Positions 12,012 to 23,348 of a stretch of DNA of 64,000 bases are shown in pieces (position 1 is the stretch's first letter; each line of letters begins with the position of its first letter). The stretch spans positions 1,296,768-1,360,767 of the forward strand of contig BCKQ01000002.1 of NCBI GenBank assembly GCA_001600695.1, in the 5' to 3' direction. The stretch comes from Ascoidea asiatica JCM 7603. Taxonomy: Eukaryota > Fungi > Ascomycota. Both the position numbers and the translations under genes were made by a program. The notes under the pieces were generated by a model. That model saw only the letters and a program-made list of their open reading frames with translations, searched no databases and was not told where the DNA came from.

Positions 12012-13808
12012 ATGATTCGAAATCAAGGTTTGTCTTCTTTTAATTTAATATCAAGAAGTTTGAGATCAAGTAAATTTAAATATCCTATTTATTTAAGTTA
12101 CTCAGGTTATTCATCTTATTCAAGTATTTTAAATAATTCAAATAAATTATTCAAAAACAATAGAAATAATAAAGATATTAAAGATAATTTACAAAAGAGA
12201 AAAATTTCAAGAATTAATTATGAAGCATATAATAATTTACATAATCCACCAAAGAAAAATTGGAGTAAAATTTTCATATATACAATTTTAACTATTTCAA
12301 TATCTGGATATATTGGATATTATTTTTATTGGCCAAGAAATAAATATCCTAAGAAAATTGCAGATTTATTAAGAAAAGGATTATGGGCCGAAAGTAATAA
12401 AGAAAATTTTAATTATTCTAAAGCATTAAAATATTATATTGAAGCACTTAATGAATTACATTTAAATAAAGAAATTTATAATATTGAATTATATTCAGAT
12501 GAATATACTGGAATTCAATTAAAAATTGGAGAAATGTATGAATTATTAAATTTAAATGAATTTGCAATAAATATTTATGAAGAAATTTTAAATTTATATT
12601 TAATTAAATTAATTAATTATGAAATTGAGAATAAAGAAAGACCTCATATAATTCAAAAAGATTTAAGAGTTTTAATTAAATTAATTTCATTATTAAGAGA
12701 TATTGATCCAAATTATTGTCAAACATTAATTTTAACACATTGTGGACAAGCACAATTAGAAGTTGTTAAAAGAGGTGGAGAATTAATTACTAATTTTAAA
12801 GATTCAAAACTTGAAATTTTAGGTTTCAATACAAAAAATGAATTAAATTCTAATAAAAAATCAGATATAAATAATTTAAGTGATGAATTGGAAAATGAAA
12901 TTGAAAATGAAAATAAAATTGAAAATGAGATTGAAAATGAATTAAATAAAATTCCATTGAATAGAGAAGCATGGGAACCATTTAGGGATGAATTTTTTAT
13001 TTTAAGAGATTTATTTGTTTCAATATCAATATTAAAAGGAGATTATTCAATTGGATTATCAGTTCAATTAAAAACTATACCATGGATGACAATGGCAGAA
13101 TTTTTACCAAATGAAGTTATGATTGCAAATTGTAATTTAGCATCATTATTATTTTTTCAAGCACAAGTTTATCATTCAACAATTTTAACAAATGATTTAA
13201 AAAAGAAATTTAATAAAGAATTGAAATTAAGATTAAAAGAGAATAATGATAATAAAGAAGAAGTAGAAGGAGAATTAAAAGAAAATGAAAATGAAAATGA
13301 AAATGAAAATGAAAAAGAAAAAGAAAAGGAAAGAGTGATAATTGATGATAAAGAGATTTCAAATATAAAATTATATGAAAAAAGAATGATAAAATCATCA
13401 AAAGATATATTTCAAACGAATATAAATTTTATAAATAAATATTTTTTAAGAAATTCAAAAAATTTAAAAAATTTAAATTTTTTAAATTTTAAACAAAATA
13501 AAAATTATAATGAAATTTTAGGATTAAGTTTTTATTCATTAGGTGTTATAAATTTACATGAAGGTAATTATCTTGAATCTAAAATTTTATTTAAAGAAAG
13601 TATTAAAAGGGGTAAAATTTTAAATAATAATGAATTAATTGAAGAAAGTGAGAATGAATTAAAAAAATTGGAGATTGAATTGAATGAAAAAAGAAAAAAT
13701 GTTAAAAATGGTGATGATAATAAATTAATAAATAAAGAAGTTGAGGAACTTAGTGATGATGAATCTAAGATTATGACAATTGATATGATTATTGGAACAA
13801 TGGACTAG
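12012..13808 (+). CDS. MGR3: Mitochondrial i-AAA protease adaptor Mgr3 (TPR-like)
   Basis: Basic presequence, single TM helix, then LRKGLWAE, ALKYYIEAL and DEYTGIQLKIGEMYE motifs. Confidence 0.8.
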   Translation: MIRNQGLSSFNLISRSLRSSKFKYPIYLSYSGYSSYSSILNNSNKLFKNNRNNKDIKDNLQKRKISRINYEAYNNLHNPPKKNWSKIFIYTILTISISGYIGYYFYWPRNKYPKKIADLLRKGLWAESNKENFNYSKALKYYIEALNELHLNKEIYNIELYSDEYTGIQLKIGEMYELLNLNEFAINIYEEILNLYLIKLINYEIENKERPHIIQKDLRVLIKLISLLRDIDPNYCQTLILTHCGQAQLEVVKRGGELITNFKDSKLEILGFNTKNELNSNKKSDINNLSDELENEIENENKIENEIENELNKIPLNREAWEPFRDEFFILRDLFVSISILKGDYSIGLSVQLKTIPWMTMAEFLPNEVMIANCNLASLLFFQAQVYHSTILTNDLKKKFNKELKLRLKENNDNKEEVEGELKENENENENENEKEKEKERVIIDDKEISNIKLYEKRMIKSSKDIFQTNINFINKYFLRNSKNLKNLNFLNFKQNKNYNEILGLSFYSLGVINLHEGNYLESKILFKESIKRGKILNNNELIEESENELKKLEIELNEKRKNVKNGDDNKLINKEVEELSDDESKIMTIDMIIGTMD

Positions 13809-14012
13809 TTAGTTAGTAATTGACTAAGTGACTAGATAAGTAAATAAGCAAATAAGCAAATAAGTAAATAAGTTAATATCTCAGTAAATAGTTGAATAAC
13901 AAGTATTATAATATAAATATACAATATAAATAAAGCTTTTATAACTATTAAAAGCTATTGAAATACATTTATACTGTATATAAATACCAATATAAAAGAA
14001 GCAAAAAAGAAT

Positions 14013-14102
14013 TGAAACTGACAGGAATTGAACCTGCAGCCCTTCGATTGCAACTCAATCACAGAACTGGAGTCGAAAGCTCTACCATTGAGCCACAGCT
14101 TC
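14013..14102 (-). tRNA. tRNA-Trp(CCA) with an 18-nt intron (14049-14066)
   Basis: Minus strand reads GAAGCTGTGGCTCAATGGTAGAGCTTTCGACTCCAG[intron]ATCGAAGGGCTGCAGGTTCAATTCCTGTCAGTTTCA, close to yeast tRNA-Trp; T-run terminator follows. Confidence 0.96.
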
Positions 14103-14959
14103 ATCTCTTGGAATAAACACAGATTTTTCTGCACATAGCTCAAATTAACGCATGTGACTTTGATTTTTATTCCGACCTTACCGAGGGTTCTTTTCAACCA
14201 GTCCCACACCAGTGGTCTCGACGCGTGATTCTTTTTGTGTTTTTGTGTTTTTGTTTGTTGTTGTTTTTGTTTGTTGTTGTTATCTTTTCGATCTTCCTTT
14301 GCATCTTCTTCTGTTTCTTGTGTTTCTTCTGCTGTCTGTGCTTTCTTCTTGACTATCTTTATAACCATCTTCATCTTTATCATCTTCTTTCCACTTCCAA
14401 TTTCTGAGTGTTCTACGACTGTTAAACTTCTTAAAGGCTGAAAATCTCAATTTCCACTGGCTGAATTACTTCTTTGGTTTCTTTTTTTCTCGGTCTTTTG
14501 CTTCCTATCGACTTAAAATTCCAATAATTTCAACTTTAAAATATCGATAATTTTTCAAATTTTAACTTTATTTCTTTCAAAATCTCATTTATCCCACCAA
14601 TAGCTATTCAATTATCCATTTAAATAATTCTATTAATGACAATGAAAAAAAGCTTGATTGATTTTTTATAAAGTTAATCAAATTTTTCCAATAGCCGAAT
14701 TATAAACAATAATAATAATAATAATTATAATAATAATAATAATAAAATTTATTCGAAATGGGTATTCCAATTTTATGATTCATTTATGATTCATTTAAAT
14801 TCAAAATTATTTCATATATATAAAATGTTTTATTACTTGTATTTATATCAATCTTTATATTCATATCTATATTGCTTTTCATATTCACATCTATATTCAT
14901 ATTCATATTCATATTCATATTCATATTCACATTCACATCCATAAAGAATACAAACTAAA

Positions 14960-16465
14960 ATGACTTCTTCATTACATGATGATATCTCAATTTCAATAAG
15001 TTCTGCAATTTGGACTTCTGTTAAACCAATAATAAAAATTTATTTAATTATAATTTTTGGTTTTTTATTAACAAAAAAAAATATTTTAACAATTTCAACT
15101 TGTAAAAATTTATCAAATTTAATATTATTTATCTTAATGCCATCTTTAATATTTAATAAAATTGTAACAAATTTATCATATACTGATATTATTTCAATAT
15201 TATTATTATCTTTAATTTCATTATTAATTTTCTCATTTGGTGGTTTAATTTCATTTATTATTATAATTTTAAGTAAAATTAATAAAAATAAATTTATTTA
15301 TATTCCTGAAAATTTTAAATCTGGTTTTTTAATTGCTGGTATTTATCCAAATATTGGTGAATTACCAATTGCTTTTTTACAAACTTTACAACAAAGTGGT
15401 AATACTTTTACTTCAAATCAAATTGATAAAGGTCTTGCTTATATTTGTATATTTATTGCTGTTGAAATGTTTACAACTTTTAATTTAGGTCTTTCTAAAT
15501 TAATTCAATATGATTTTAAAGAATCAATAACAAATAATAATAATGATAATAAAAATTTAAATGATATTGAAAGAATTCAAAGTATTATTTCAACTCCAAA
15601 AGAAATAAATACAAACATTGATAATATAACTGATAAAAAAAATGATGATATAAGAGCAAATTCAATAGAAAATTCAATTCAAAATTTATCTTCTGATTCA
15701 ATGTTATCTTTAAATTCAATAAAAAATAATAATAATAACAATAATATCAATAAAAAGAAATCAAAATTAAATATAATATTTTGGAAAATTTTAAAACCTT
15801 TGATTTTTATTATTAAAAATTTTAAAAATCCAGTTTCTTTATCAATTGTAATTTCAATAACAATTGCTTTAATTCCATGGTTAAAATCTTTATTTGTTTC
15901 AACTACTTTTAAATTCATTAATATTCCAAATGCTCCTGATAATCAACCTCCATTAAATTTTATAATGGATTTAACTGCATATTTAGCTAATGCTCAAGTT
16001 CCATTAGGTTTATTATTATTAGGTTCAACTTTATCAAGATTAAAAATTTCAAATAATAATAATGATAATAATGAATCTGAAGATAATAATGATAAACAAA
16101 ATATTTCAAATCATAGTAATAATCATTTTATACTTTCTTCAATTTTATTAACAATTGGTAGATTAATAATTTCTCCAATTATTGGAATTATTATAATTAA
16201 TCAATTTAAAAGAATAAATTGGTTTAAAGATGATATAAGTATTTTAGTAAGTATAATTGGTTGGGGTTTACCAACTTATACAACTCAATTATATTTAACT
16301 GCCTCTTATTCAACTCATAAACCAAGTAATGATCCAAATCATAAACCAACTCAAAATATACAATTAGATTCCTTAGGTATTTTATTCCTTTTACAATATC
16401 CTGTATTAATTATAACTTTACCAACACTTGTAACTTATGCTTTAAAGGTTAACTTAGGTTATTAA
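14960..16465 (+). CDS. Auxin efflux carrier (AEC/PILS, Mem_trans) family transporter, Ecm3/YNL095C-like
   Basis: AIWTSVKPIIKIYLI, PSLIFNKIV, PNIGELPIAFLQ, APDNQPPLNFIMD, VPLGLLLLG; 5+5 TM layout around a hydrophilic loop. Confidence 0.9.
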   Translation: MTSSLHDDISISISSAIWTSVKPIIKIYLIIIFGFLLTKKNILTISTCKNLSNLILFILMPSLIFNKIVTNLSYTDIISILLLSLISLLIFSFGGLISFIIIILSKINKNKFIYIPENFKSGFLIAGIYPNIGELPIAFLQTLQQSGNTFTSNQIDKGLAYICIFIAVEMFTTFNLGLSKLIQYDFKESITNNNNDNKNLNDIERIQSIISTPKEINTNIDNITDKKNDDIRANSIENSIQNLSSDSMLSLNSIKNNNNNNNINKKKSKLNIIFWKILKPLIFIIKNFKNPVSLSIVISITIALIPWLKSLFVSTTFKFINIPNAPDNQPPLNFIMDLTAYLANAQVPLGLLLLGSTLSRLKISNNNNDNNESEDNNDKQNISNHSNNHFILSSILLTIGRLIISPIIGIIIINQFKRINWFKDDISILVSIIGWGLPTYTTQLYLTASYSTHKPSNDPNHKPTQNIQLDSLGILFLLQYPVLIITLPTLVTYALKVNLGY

Positions 16466-16883
16466 TAAAACTTATTAAACTCCAATTTTGTTTTTTTTAT
16501 TTCCTGCTTTTAAAAATAATTTTTTTTTTTTTTTCTAACAAATTTTTTTTAACCAAAATATAATAATATACATAATTAATTACTCATAATAGCATTTTTT
16601 AACATTTTTAAAAAAAAAAGAAGAATTTAAAAAGAAAATAGAAAAAAACTTTCTATTTTTATATAATATAGTAGAAAATATAATTGAAAGAAAAGGAAAA
16701 AAAAAAAAGAAGATAAAGATAATGTTATGTAAAGATTTTCAAAGAAAATAAAATGGAAACAATGAGAAATAAAAATGTTAAAGAAATTATAAAATAATAT
16801 AATAGAATAATATAATGATAATAATAAAGGAATTTAATTATAATATAATATAGGTTTAAAAATTCAAATGAAATTAAATAATA

Positions 16884-17255
16884 TCAATAACCATGAGTAT
16901 AAACATCACCAGTTGTATGAAACACATCATTACTTGCTTCTTCAACATCATCATGAGCAAATGCACAAATAAAAAGATAATATCTTGTTCTAACACAAAT
17001 TAAATGTGGACATCTCATAATATATTGATCTTCAAAAGAAATTGGTTTAATAATTTCATTTTTATATAAAAAACCTGTTTGCATTGCAACTGCTGGATAA
17101 TCAAGTGCTGTAATAATATTTCTTGCATCAATAATTGATAAATGTAATCCATTTCTTTGAGTCACAAATTTAACATTACGTAATAAAAAAATTGAAACAC
17201 TATCAACATATCCATAACTAACTATTTCATCAGCTCTTTCTTCAATATTAAGCAT
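16884..17255 (-). CDS. Divergent profilin-like protein A (123 aa)
   Basis: Colinear by eye with yeast Pfy1: DEIVSYGYVDSVSIF vs DNLIGTGKVDKAVIY, GLHL..NIITALDYPA vs GLSL..EIVQGFDNPA, LICVRT vs VVCVRT, terminal GY; profilin length. Confidence 0.75.
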   Translation of the reverse strand: MLNIEERADEIVSYGYVDSVSIFLLRNVKFVTQRNGLHLSIIDARNIITALDYPAVAMQTGFLYKNEIIKPISFEDQYIMRCPHLICVRTRYYLFICAFAHDDVEEASNDVFHTTGDVYTHGY

Positions 17256-18928
17256 TTTTTATAAAAGACTAAGATTATTTAAATTTATTATTGTTGATTA
17301 AAGAGCAGCAGCAATAGCAATACTTTTTTTTAATGATTGATGAAGATTAGAATATTGAAAATATAGATAATATACTTTTGGTTATACTTTTTTTTTTTTA
17401 CTATTTTATTTTACTTATGAAAGTGGATAAATGTGAATATTTATATATATAATTTTTTATTTTCTGTTTTTCTATTTTTATTTTATGTTATTGCATACTT
17501 AAGAAACTATTTCAAAGTTGTAATATAAACAAACCTTTAAAAGAGATAAGAGGAAAAAAAACTTTTTTGCTAATTAAATTGAGGTTTTATTTCACAATAG
17601 ATAAGTTTTAATAATAAGTTTTAATGATAAGTTCTAATGATAAGAAACTAAATTTTAATGATATTCTTTGTTCTTTTTGATAAACTCTTAATTTTTTTCT
17701 AAGTTTTTTAAAAAAATTTGATAATTATGAGATAATTATGAGATAATTGAATATTATTATTTGGATAATTAAGGCAAAGAAGTAAATAAAATGAATACAA
17801 ATTGTTGATTGTTAAGATTGTTTCGAATAAAATATACTTTATAATTTACTTTATAATTAGATATTAAATTATAATAATGAAATGCAAAAAAACAAGAAAA
17901 AAGTATTTAAATTTGTCTCAATTTTGTAACAATGCAGAGTACAAATAATTATATTTATTCTTCAATTGAATGTCGTAGTTTAAAACTGATTGAAAACATG
18001 TTTTTTTTTTTATAAAAATAAATGATAATTTGGTGATTGGTGATATAAATTATTTAACTTATTTTAGTTACAATCAAAAAATAAAATCAAGAGGCAAATC
18101 AAAAAAGGATTTAAAAATAATTTATTTTGGAATTGAGTTAACATGAATCATTAATTCCAGATTTCCATTGATGAATGATTCAAATTTTAATATAGACTCT
18201 AATAATTGCAGTGAAGATCCTAAATAATAAAATGAAATGAAATTGTTGAGTTAGTTTAAAATACATTTAATTCCATAATTTCTAATTCAATTCATAATTC
18301 AATTCATAATTCAATTTATACTTCAATTCATATTTGAATTAAAAATGGAGATAAAAATTGAAATAAAAATAGTGGTAAAAGTGAAATGAGGTCTTTGAAA
18401 GTGATAAAAAGCTCAATTTATAGAAAATTTGAAAATATTGTTTTAAAAAAAGGGTTAAATTTTAGAAAAAGATAGCCAAAAAAGAGATTGAAATGATGAC
18501 ATTTTCTGAAATGATTGGCAAGAAAACATTTTGAATAAAAAATAATTGAAATTGAAATGAAGTTGTAAATTAATCAATTCGTTATTAGTTACTGAAGTTG
18601 ACTTTAAAATGGTTATAAATTTGATAAAGTTTTGAAATTATGATAATTTAAGTAAGTAATTTATTATTTAACTTAAATAAATAAGTAAAAGATATTTAAA
18701 ATATGTATCAGAGAAAGAAAATGAATTAAAAAAAGGATTATATAAGAGTATATTATAAAATGTTATAAATTAAATGTAAAAATGACTAAGAAATTATTAA
18801 AATTATGATTAAAAAAATGAATAAAAAAAAGGTGAGAATTAAAAAGACTATAGTACTTTGAATAATTGAATGATTTAATAATTTAATGATTTAAATAAAG
18901 GAGTAAAAGATATAAAAAATTGAATAAT

Positions 18929-19360
18929 CTAGTGGTTGTTATTATTATTATTTTGATTATTGATTTGATTTTGAAGTTTTAATTCATCAGAAACTATTTG
19001 TTCTTGATCAAGAACTATATCAATAACTTGTAAAAAAGAATCCATGATTGGATTTGTAAGATAAGCATTAAAAGTAACAACAAAAATTGCAAATTTAGTT
19101 TTACTTATACCAAGACCATTATTACAAATTAAAACATCATTATTATCATCTTTTTGAATTGTTGAATAATATCTATCTTGAATTTTAAATTCATATGGAA
19201 CTTCAGCATTAAAACCTCTTTCAATATTTAAAAAATCTACATAAGATAAAAGAATTCTATTTTTTTGAATTATTAATTCATAATCATTTAATGAATGAAT
19301 TGCAACTTGATATAAATTTGGAATTTGTAAAATTCTATTTGCAAAATCTTCATATGACAT
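18929..19360 (-). CDS. Divergent profilin-like protein B (143 aa)
   Basis: MSYEDFANRI vs MSWQAYTDNL, NIERGFN vs EIVQGFD, FKIQDRYYSTIQKDD vs LHIQGQKFMLLRADD, GLGISKTKFAIFVVTF vs GVVCVRTKQTVIIAHY; Q/N-rich tail. Confidence 0.65.
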   Translation of the reverse strand: MSYEDFANRILQIPNLYQVAIHSLNDYELIIQKNRILLSYVDFLNIERGFNAEVPYEFKIQDRYYSTIQKDDNNDVLICNNGLGISKTKFAIFVVTFNAYLTNPIMDSFLQVIDIVLDQEQIVSDELKLQNQINNQNNNNNNH

Positions 19361-20886
19361 TTTGGAATTATAATATAATAAGTTTTAATAAGGGGAAAAA
19401 AATGAAATAGAAGAAAAAAAAAAAAAGGATTAAGTTTCAAAGAAAATACAAAAAAAAAAGATATTTAAATGAATTTTATTAAATTTAATTGAATTTCATT
19501 GAAATTTATTGACTTGAAAAGAATTAAAGAGAATTGTAAGAAATTGAGAGGAATTGAGAATAATTGAGAAGAATTGAAGAACTGAAGGACTGAGAAAAAA
19601 TTGAGAAGAAAAATAGATATAATATTATTTAATTTTACATAGAGTATGAATAAACTAATTTCTTTGATTATTATTTAAATTATTTGAATCAAAGGATTAT
19701 TTAATTATTAATTAATACTTTCATAATTATATTTTATATTTTTGATAATTTACGTGTTTTAATAGTTAGATTATAGTAGACTCCTTATGATAAGATTGAT
19801 AATAATTGATAATGGATAAATATATTTCAATTTCAAATTCAATTTTAATTTTAATTTAGATATCAATAATAAATGAGAACAAAAAAAAAAAAACCTTGAG
19901 AAAAGATACTCTTTCAATTTAATGAAATCAAAGTCAATTTCTTCAAATAAATTAATAGAAAAATTACAAATTTAGTATTCACTATTAAAAAAAGAATAAA
20001 TTATGAATTAAAAATCTAATATTATGTTATGTTACATTAAGTATTAAATCCAGAATCAAAAAATGAATTGAAGTAAGATAAATAAATGTCTTTTATTTTA
20101 TTATTTATTTTATTTTTTAATATTATTTATTATTATTTATTATTATTTATATGTGAAATTTACCAATTAACTATTTGAAATTTGTAATAATTTTTTGTCT
20201 GGAACTCCACCAAAGAACTGTTTGCCTTACCTACTTTATATCATCAATTTCATCATCAAAATGCCTTTCATCAAAAGATTTTACTTCTCATTTAATTCTA
20301 AATTTGATTTTGATTCTGATTCTGATTTCAATCTTCTAATTCATCTTTTGATTCTGGGGTGAAATGGTCGTTATTGTGAAATATTCACTTTGCTATTTGG
20401 TATTCGATACTGAAAATGCTTCTGCGGCTATCTCCGAAAACGCGAAAACGCATCACAAAAACGCAAAAACACGAAAAACACGAAAAAAAAAAAGATAAAA
20501 AATATTTTTGCAGCTCAAATTCAAAAATTAATTGGCGCATAAAATAAATCCGCTGGTATTCTTATAGCACGGAACACCCAGTTTAAGTTTATGAAGGTTC
20601 CTTGCCGGTTCCGTTTCTGGATATAAAAATCATTCCAATTTCCTATTTTGGTATTTACGGCCGAAACGCTCGGAAGTGTTTTTAGCCGACCTACAGTTAC
20701 TTCAATAAGATATAAATATGAGGCTGGTGCTTCCTCACAAATATCACAAGAAGCAGAAGAAGCAGAAGAAGCTAGTTCTGTTAATGTTACTTTTGCTCGA
20801 AAATTTTTCTTTAAATAATCATTTAGTTTTATATTTGTATGTATTCTTTATTCATTCATTTACTTAATTATCTATATATTTTTTTA

Positions 20887-22590
20887 TTAAAAATTTTCAG
20901 TACCTAAAATTTCTGCAATTAATTTACCACAAGCAACAACTTCTTCATCTTCATATCTTCTACCAGATAATTGAAAAGATATTGGAGATCCTTCAAAATC
21001 TTCTATATTATCATATAAACTATATTCAAGTTCTTCTAATTTATTTCTTGGTTTATAATTTAAATCTAAAATATCAATTTTTGGATCTTGATAAATACCA
21101 CTTGGAAAAACTAATGTTGGAAAATCTAAAATATTAAATAATGATGTATATCCCCAATAAAAAATTTTATTTGGTTTTGGTACTGAATTACAATATGTTG
21201 GTGATAAAATAAAATCAATATTATTATCATTTAAAAATTGTGTATATTCTGTTCTTAATGAATTTCTAATACCATTTAATTCTCTATTTTCTTTAACTGA
21301 TAATGCTTTATCTCCATTACCAAATGATAATGCCCATTTAGTTAAATCTAATAATTCTTCTCCACTTTCTTCTAAAAATTTTTTTTGCATATAATTACCA
21401 TCACATGAATACATTTTATGTACAGTTTCATAAGCTTCTAAAATTCTTGGAGGTTTAAATTCAATAATTTCAATATTTGAATTTTTAAATTTTTTAATAA
21501 TTTCTTTTAAAGCTCTTTCAACTGGTGGTAATGGTTTAACAATACCATCATCATAAATTACACAAATTTTTAAATTTTTTGAAATTGGTTTTTCAATATT
21601 TCTCCATTCTATTGGTAATGTTAAACAATCTAATTTCCATGGTTTTAAATTTATATATGATTTCATAAATAATTCAATATCATAAATTGATTTTGTAATT
21701 GGTCCATAAACTCCAACAACAGATTCTTGTCCTGCTCCACTACTTAATCCACCAGATGTTGAAATTCTATAACTTGTTGGACGTAAACCATAAATTCCAT
21801 TAAAAGCTGCTGGAGTTCTTATACTACCACCAATATCTGAACCTAAACCCATTACTGAAGCTCCTGAACTTACACATGCACCTTCACCACCTGATGAACC
21901 ACCTGGTGATAATCTTGAATTATGAGAATTTCTAGTTCTACCAATAATATTATTAACTGTATCTAAATGCATAATAGTTTGCGGTTGAGAAGTTCTAAGT
22001 ATAAAATTTGCACCATTTTGTTTTGATAATTTTGTTGTAATACTATCATCATTTGGTATATTAAATAGTTTAGATACATAACCTGCATGAGTTATATGAT
22101 TTTTATAATTATAATGTTCTTTAACAGACATTGGTAAACCATGTAATGGACCAATTAATTTTTTATTATTTTTAATAAAATAATTATCTAAAAATTTTGC
22201 ATTTTCTAAAGCATCATCAATTAAAAATTCACAAGTAAAATTTAATAAATAATTTGATAATATTGATCTTTTTAAAAATGCTTTTGTTAATTCTAATGAA
22301 GTTAATTCACCAGTTGAAATTAATTTAATTAATTTATAAGCTGGTAATGAAGTTAATTTTTTTTCAAAATCTGTTAAAATATTTGAATTTTCAATAAATT
22401 TAATTGAATTAAAATTTGAATTATTTAATTCATTAATACTTGGTAATTGAGTTAAATCAATATCAAATCTTTTCATATCATTTTGAATTTTTAAATTATA
22501 TTCATCAATTTTTGGTTTATAAATTTTATTAAATTTTTCTGAATTTGGTTTATAATCAAATTTATAAAATTCTTCTGGTTTTACAGTCAT
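20887..22590 (-). CDS. Amidase-signature family hydrolase (Amd2/acetamidase-like)
   Basis: GPLHGLPMSVK (catalytic Lys), PGGSSGGEG and GSDIGGSIRTPA: intact Ser-cisSer-Lys triad. Confidence 0.93.
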   Translation of the reverse strand: MTVKPEEFYKFDYKPNSEKFNKIYKPKIDEYNLKIQNDMKRFDIDLTQLPSINELNNSNFNSIKFIENSNILTDFEKKLTSLPAYKLIKLISTGELTSLELTKAFLKRSILSNYLLNFTCEFLIDDALENAKFLDNYFIKNNKKLIGPLHGLPMSVKEHYNYKNHITHAGYVSKLFNIPNDDSITTKLSKQNGANFILRTSQPQTIMHLDTVNNIIGRTRNSHNSRLSPGGSSGGEGACVSSGASVMGLGSDIGGSIRTPAAFNGIYGLRPTSYRISTSGGLSSGAGQESVVGVYGPITKSIYDIELFMKSYINLKPWKLDCLTLPIEWRNIEKPISKNLKICVIYDDGIVKPLPPVERALKEIIKKFKNSNIEIIEFKPPRILEAYETVHKMYSCDGNYMQKKFLEESGEELLDLTKWALSFGNGDKALSVKENRELNGIRNSLRTEYTQFLNDNNIDFILSPTYCNSVPKPNKIFYWGYTSLFNILDFPTLVFPSGIYQDPKIDILDLNYKPRNKLEELEYSLYDNIEDFEGSPISFQLSGRRYEDEEVVACGKLIAEILGTENF

Positions 22591-23348
22591 CTTGAATTAA
22601 ATTGAATTAAAAATGAATTGAATTATTGAATTATTGAATTATTGAATTATTGAAATGAATTGGAAATGAAATTGAAATTGAGTAGAAATTGAAGTTGAAA
22701 TCGATTCATTCTATTGAAAGAACCAAAAGAAAAGGGAGAATTGAACTCCATTTATATAATATTTTTTCTTTCTTTTTCTTGTTTGTAATAACATTTAGCT
22801 TCTAAAACACAATAAATCTGGATATATTACTAAATATTGATAAAGATATGAATTGGAATTGATTAAAAAGCATTGAAAGAGCTTATCTTCCGCGCAGTGA
22901 ACAAGCTCTCAGACACAATCGAATTCTCGAGGACTGGGGAGATGGCCTAATTGGGAAAATACGGCGCATTGGGAAAGAAGTAGCCAGAGTGTGGCGAGGG
23001 AAACAAGAATAAGCGTGGCGGTGTCTGTGACAAAACATCAAAACAAGCTCCAGCCGCGTTAAAAGCAGTAATTGCCCCATTTGGACTTAGCCGCGATTGA
23101 CCCACAAAAGAAAGAAAAACAAGAGCTGTGTAATAATGCATGTACACAAGCAGAAATGTTTTAAAGTTTGTCACGGTTATTTATCCGTGTCTGGGCATTT
23201 CCGTGTTTTGCTTTTTTTCCGAAATTTCTATACCCTCGGATGAGTACTCTTGAGATAACCCTTAAACCTTATATCTCACCGGTAATAACCTTAAAATTAT
23301 TTCTCTTTTTAGAATGCAAAATATTTATTATGTATTAGTATTTTATTA

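Noticed and set aside
14013-14102. tRNA-Trp next to the putative Trp-derived auxin module as a functional link
   Set aside because: No mechanism and likely coincidence; the tRNA has a normal CCA anticodon and intron position
13955-14441. Three overlapping ORFs around tRNA-Trp
   Set aside because: They overlap the tRNA gene or arise from a T-rich low-complexity tract
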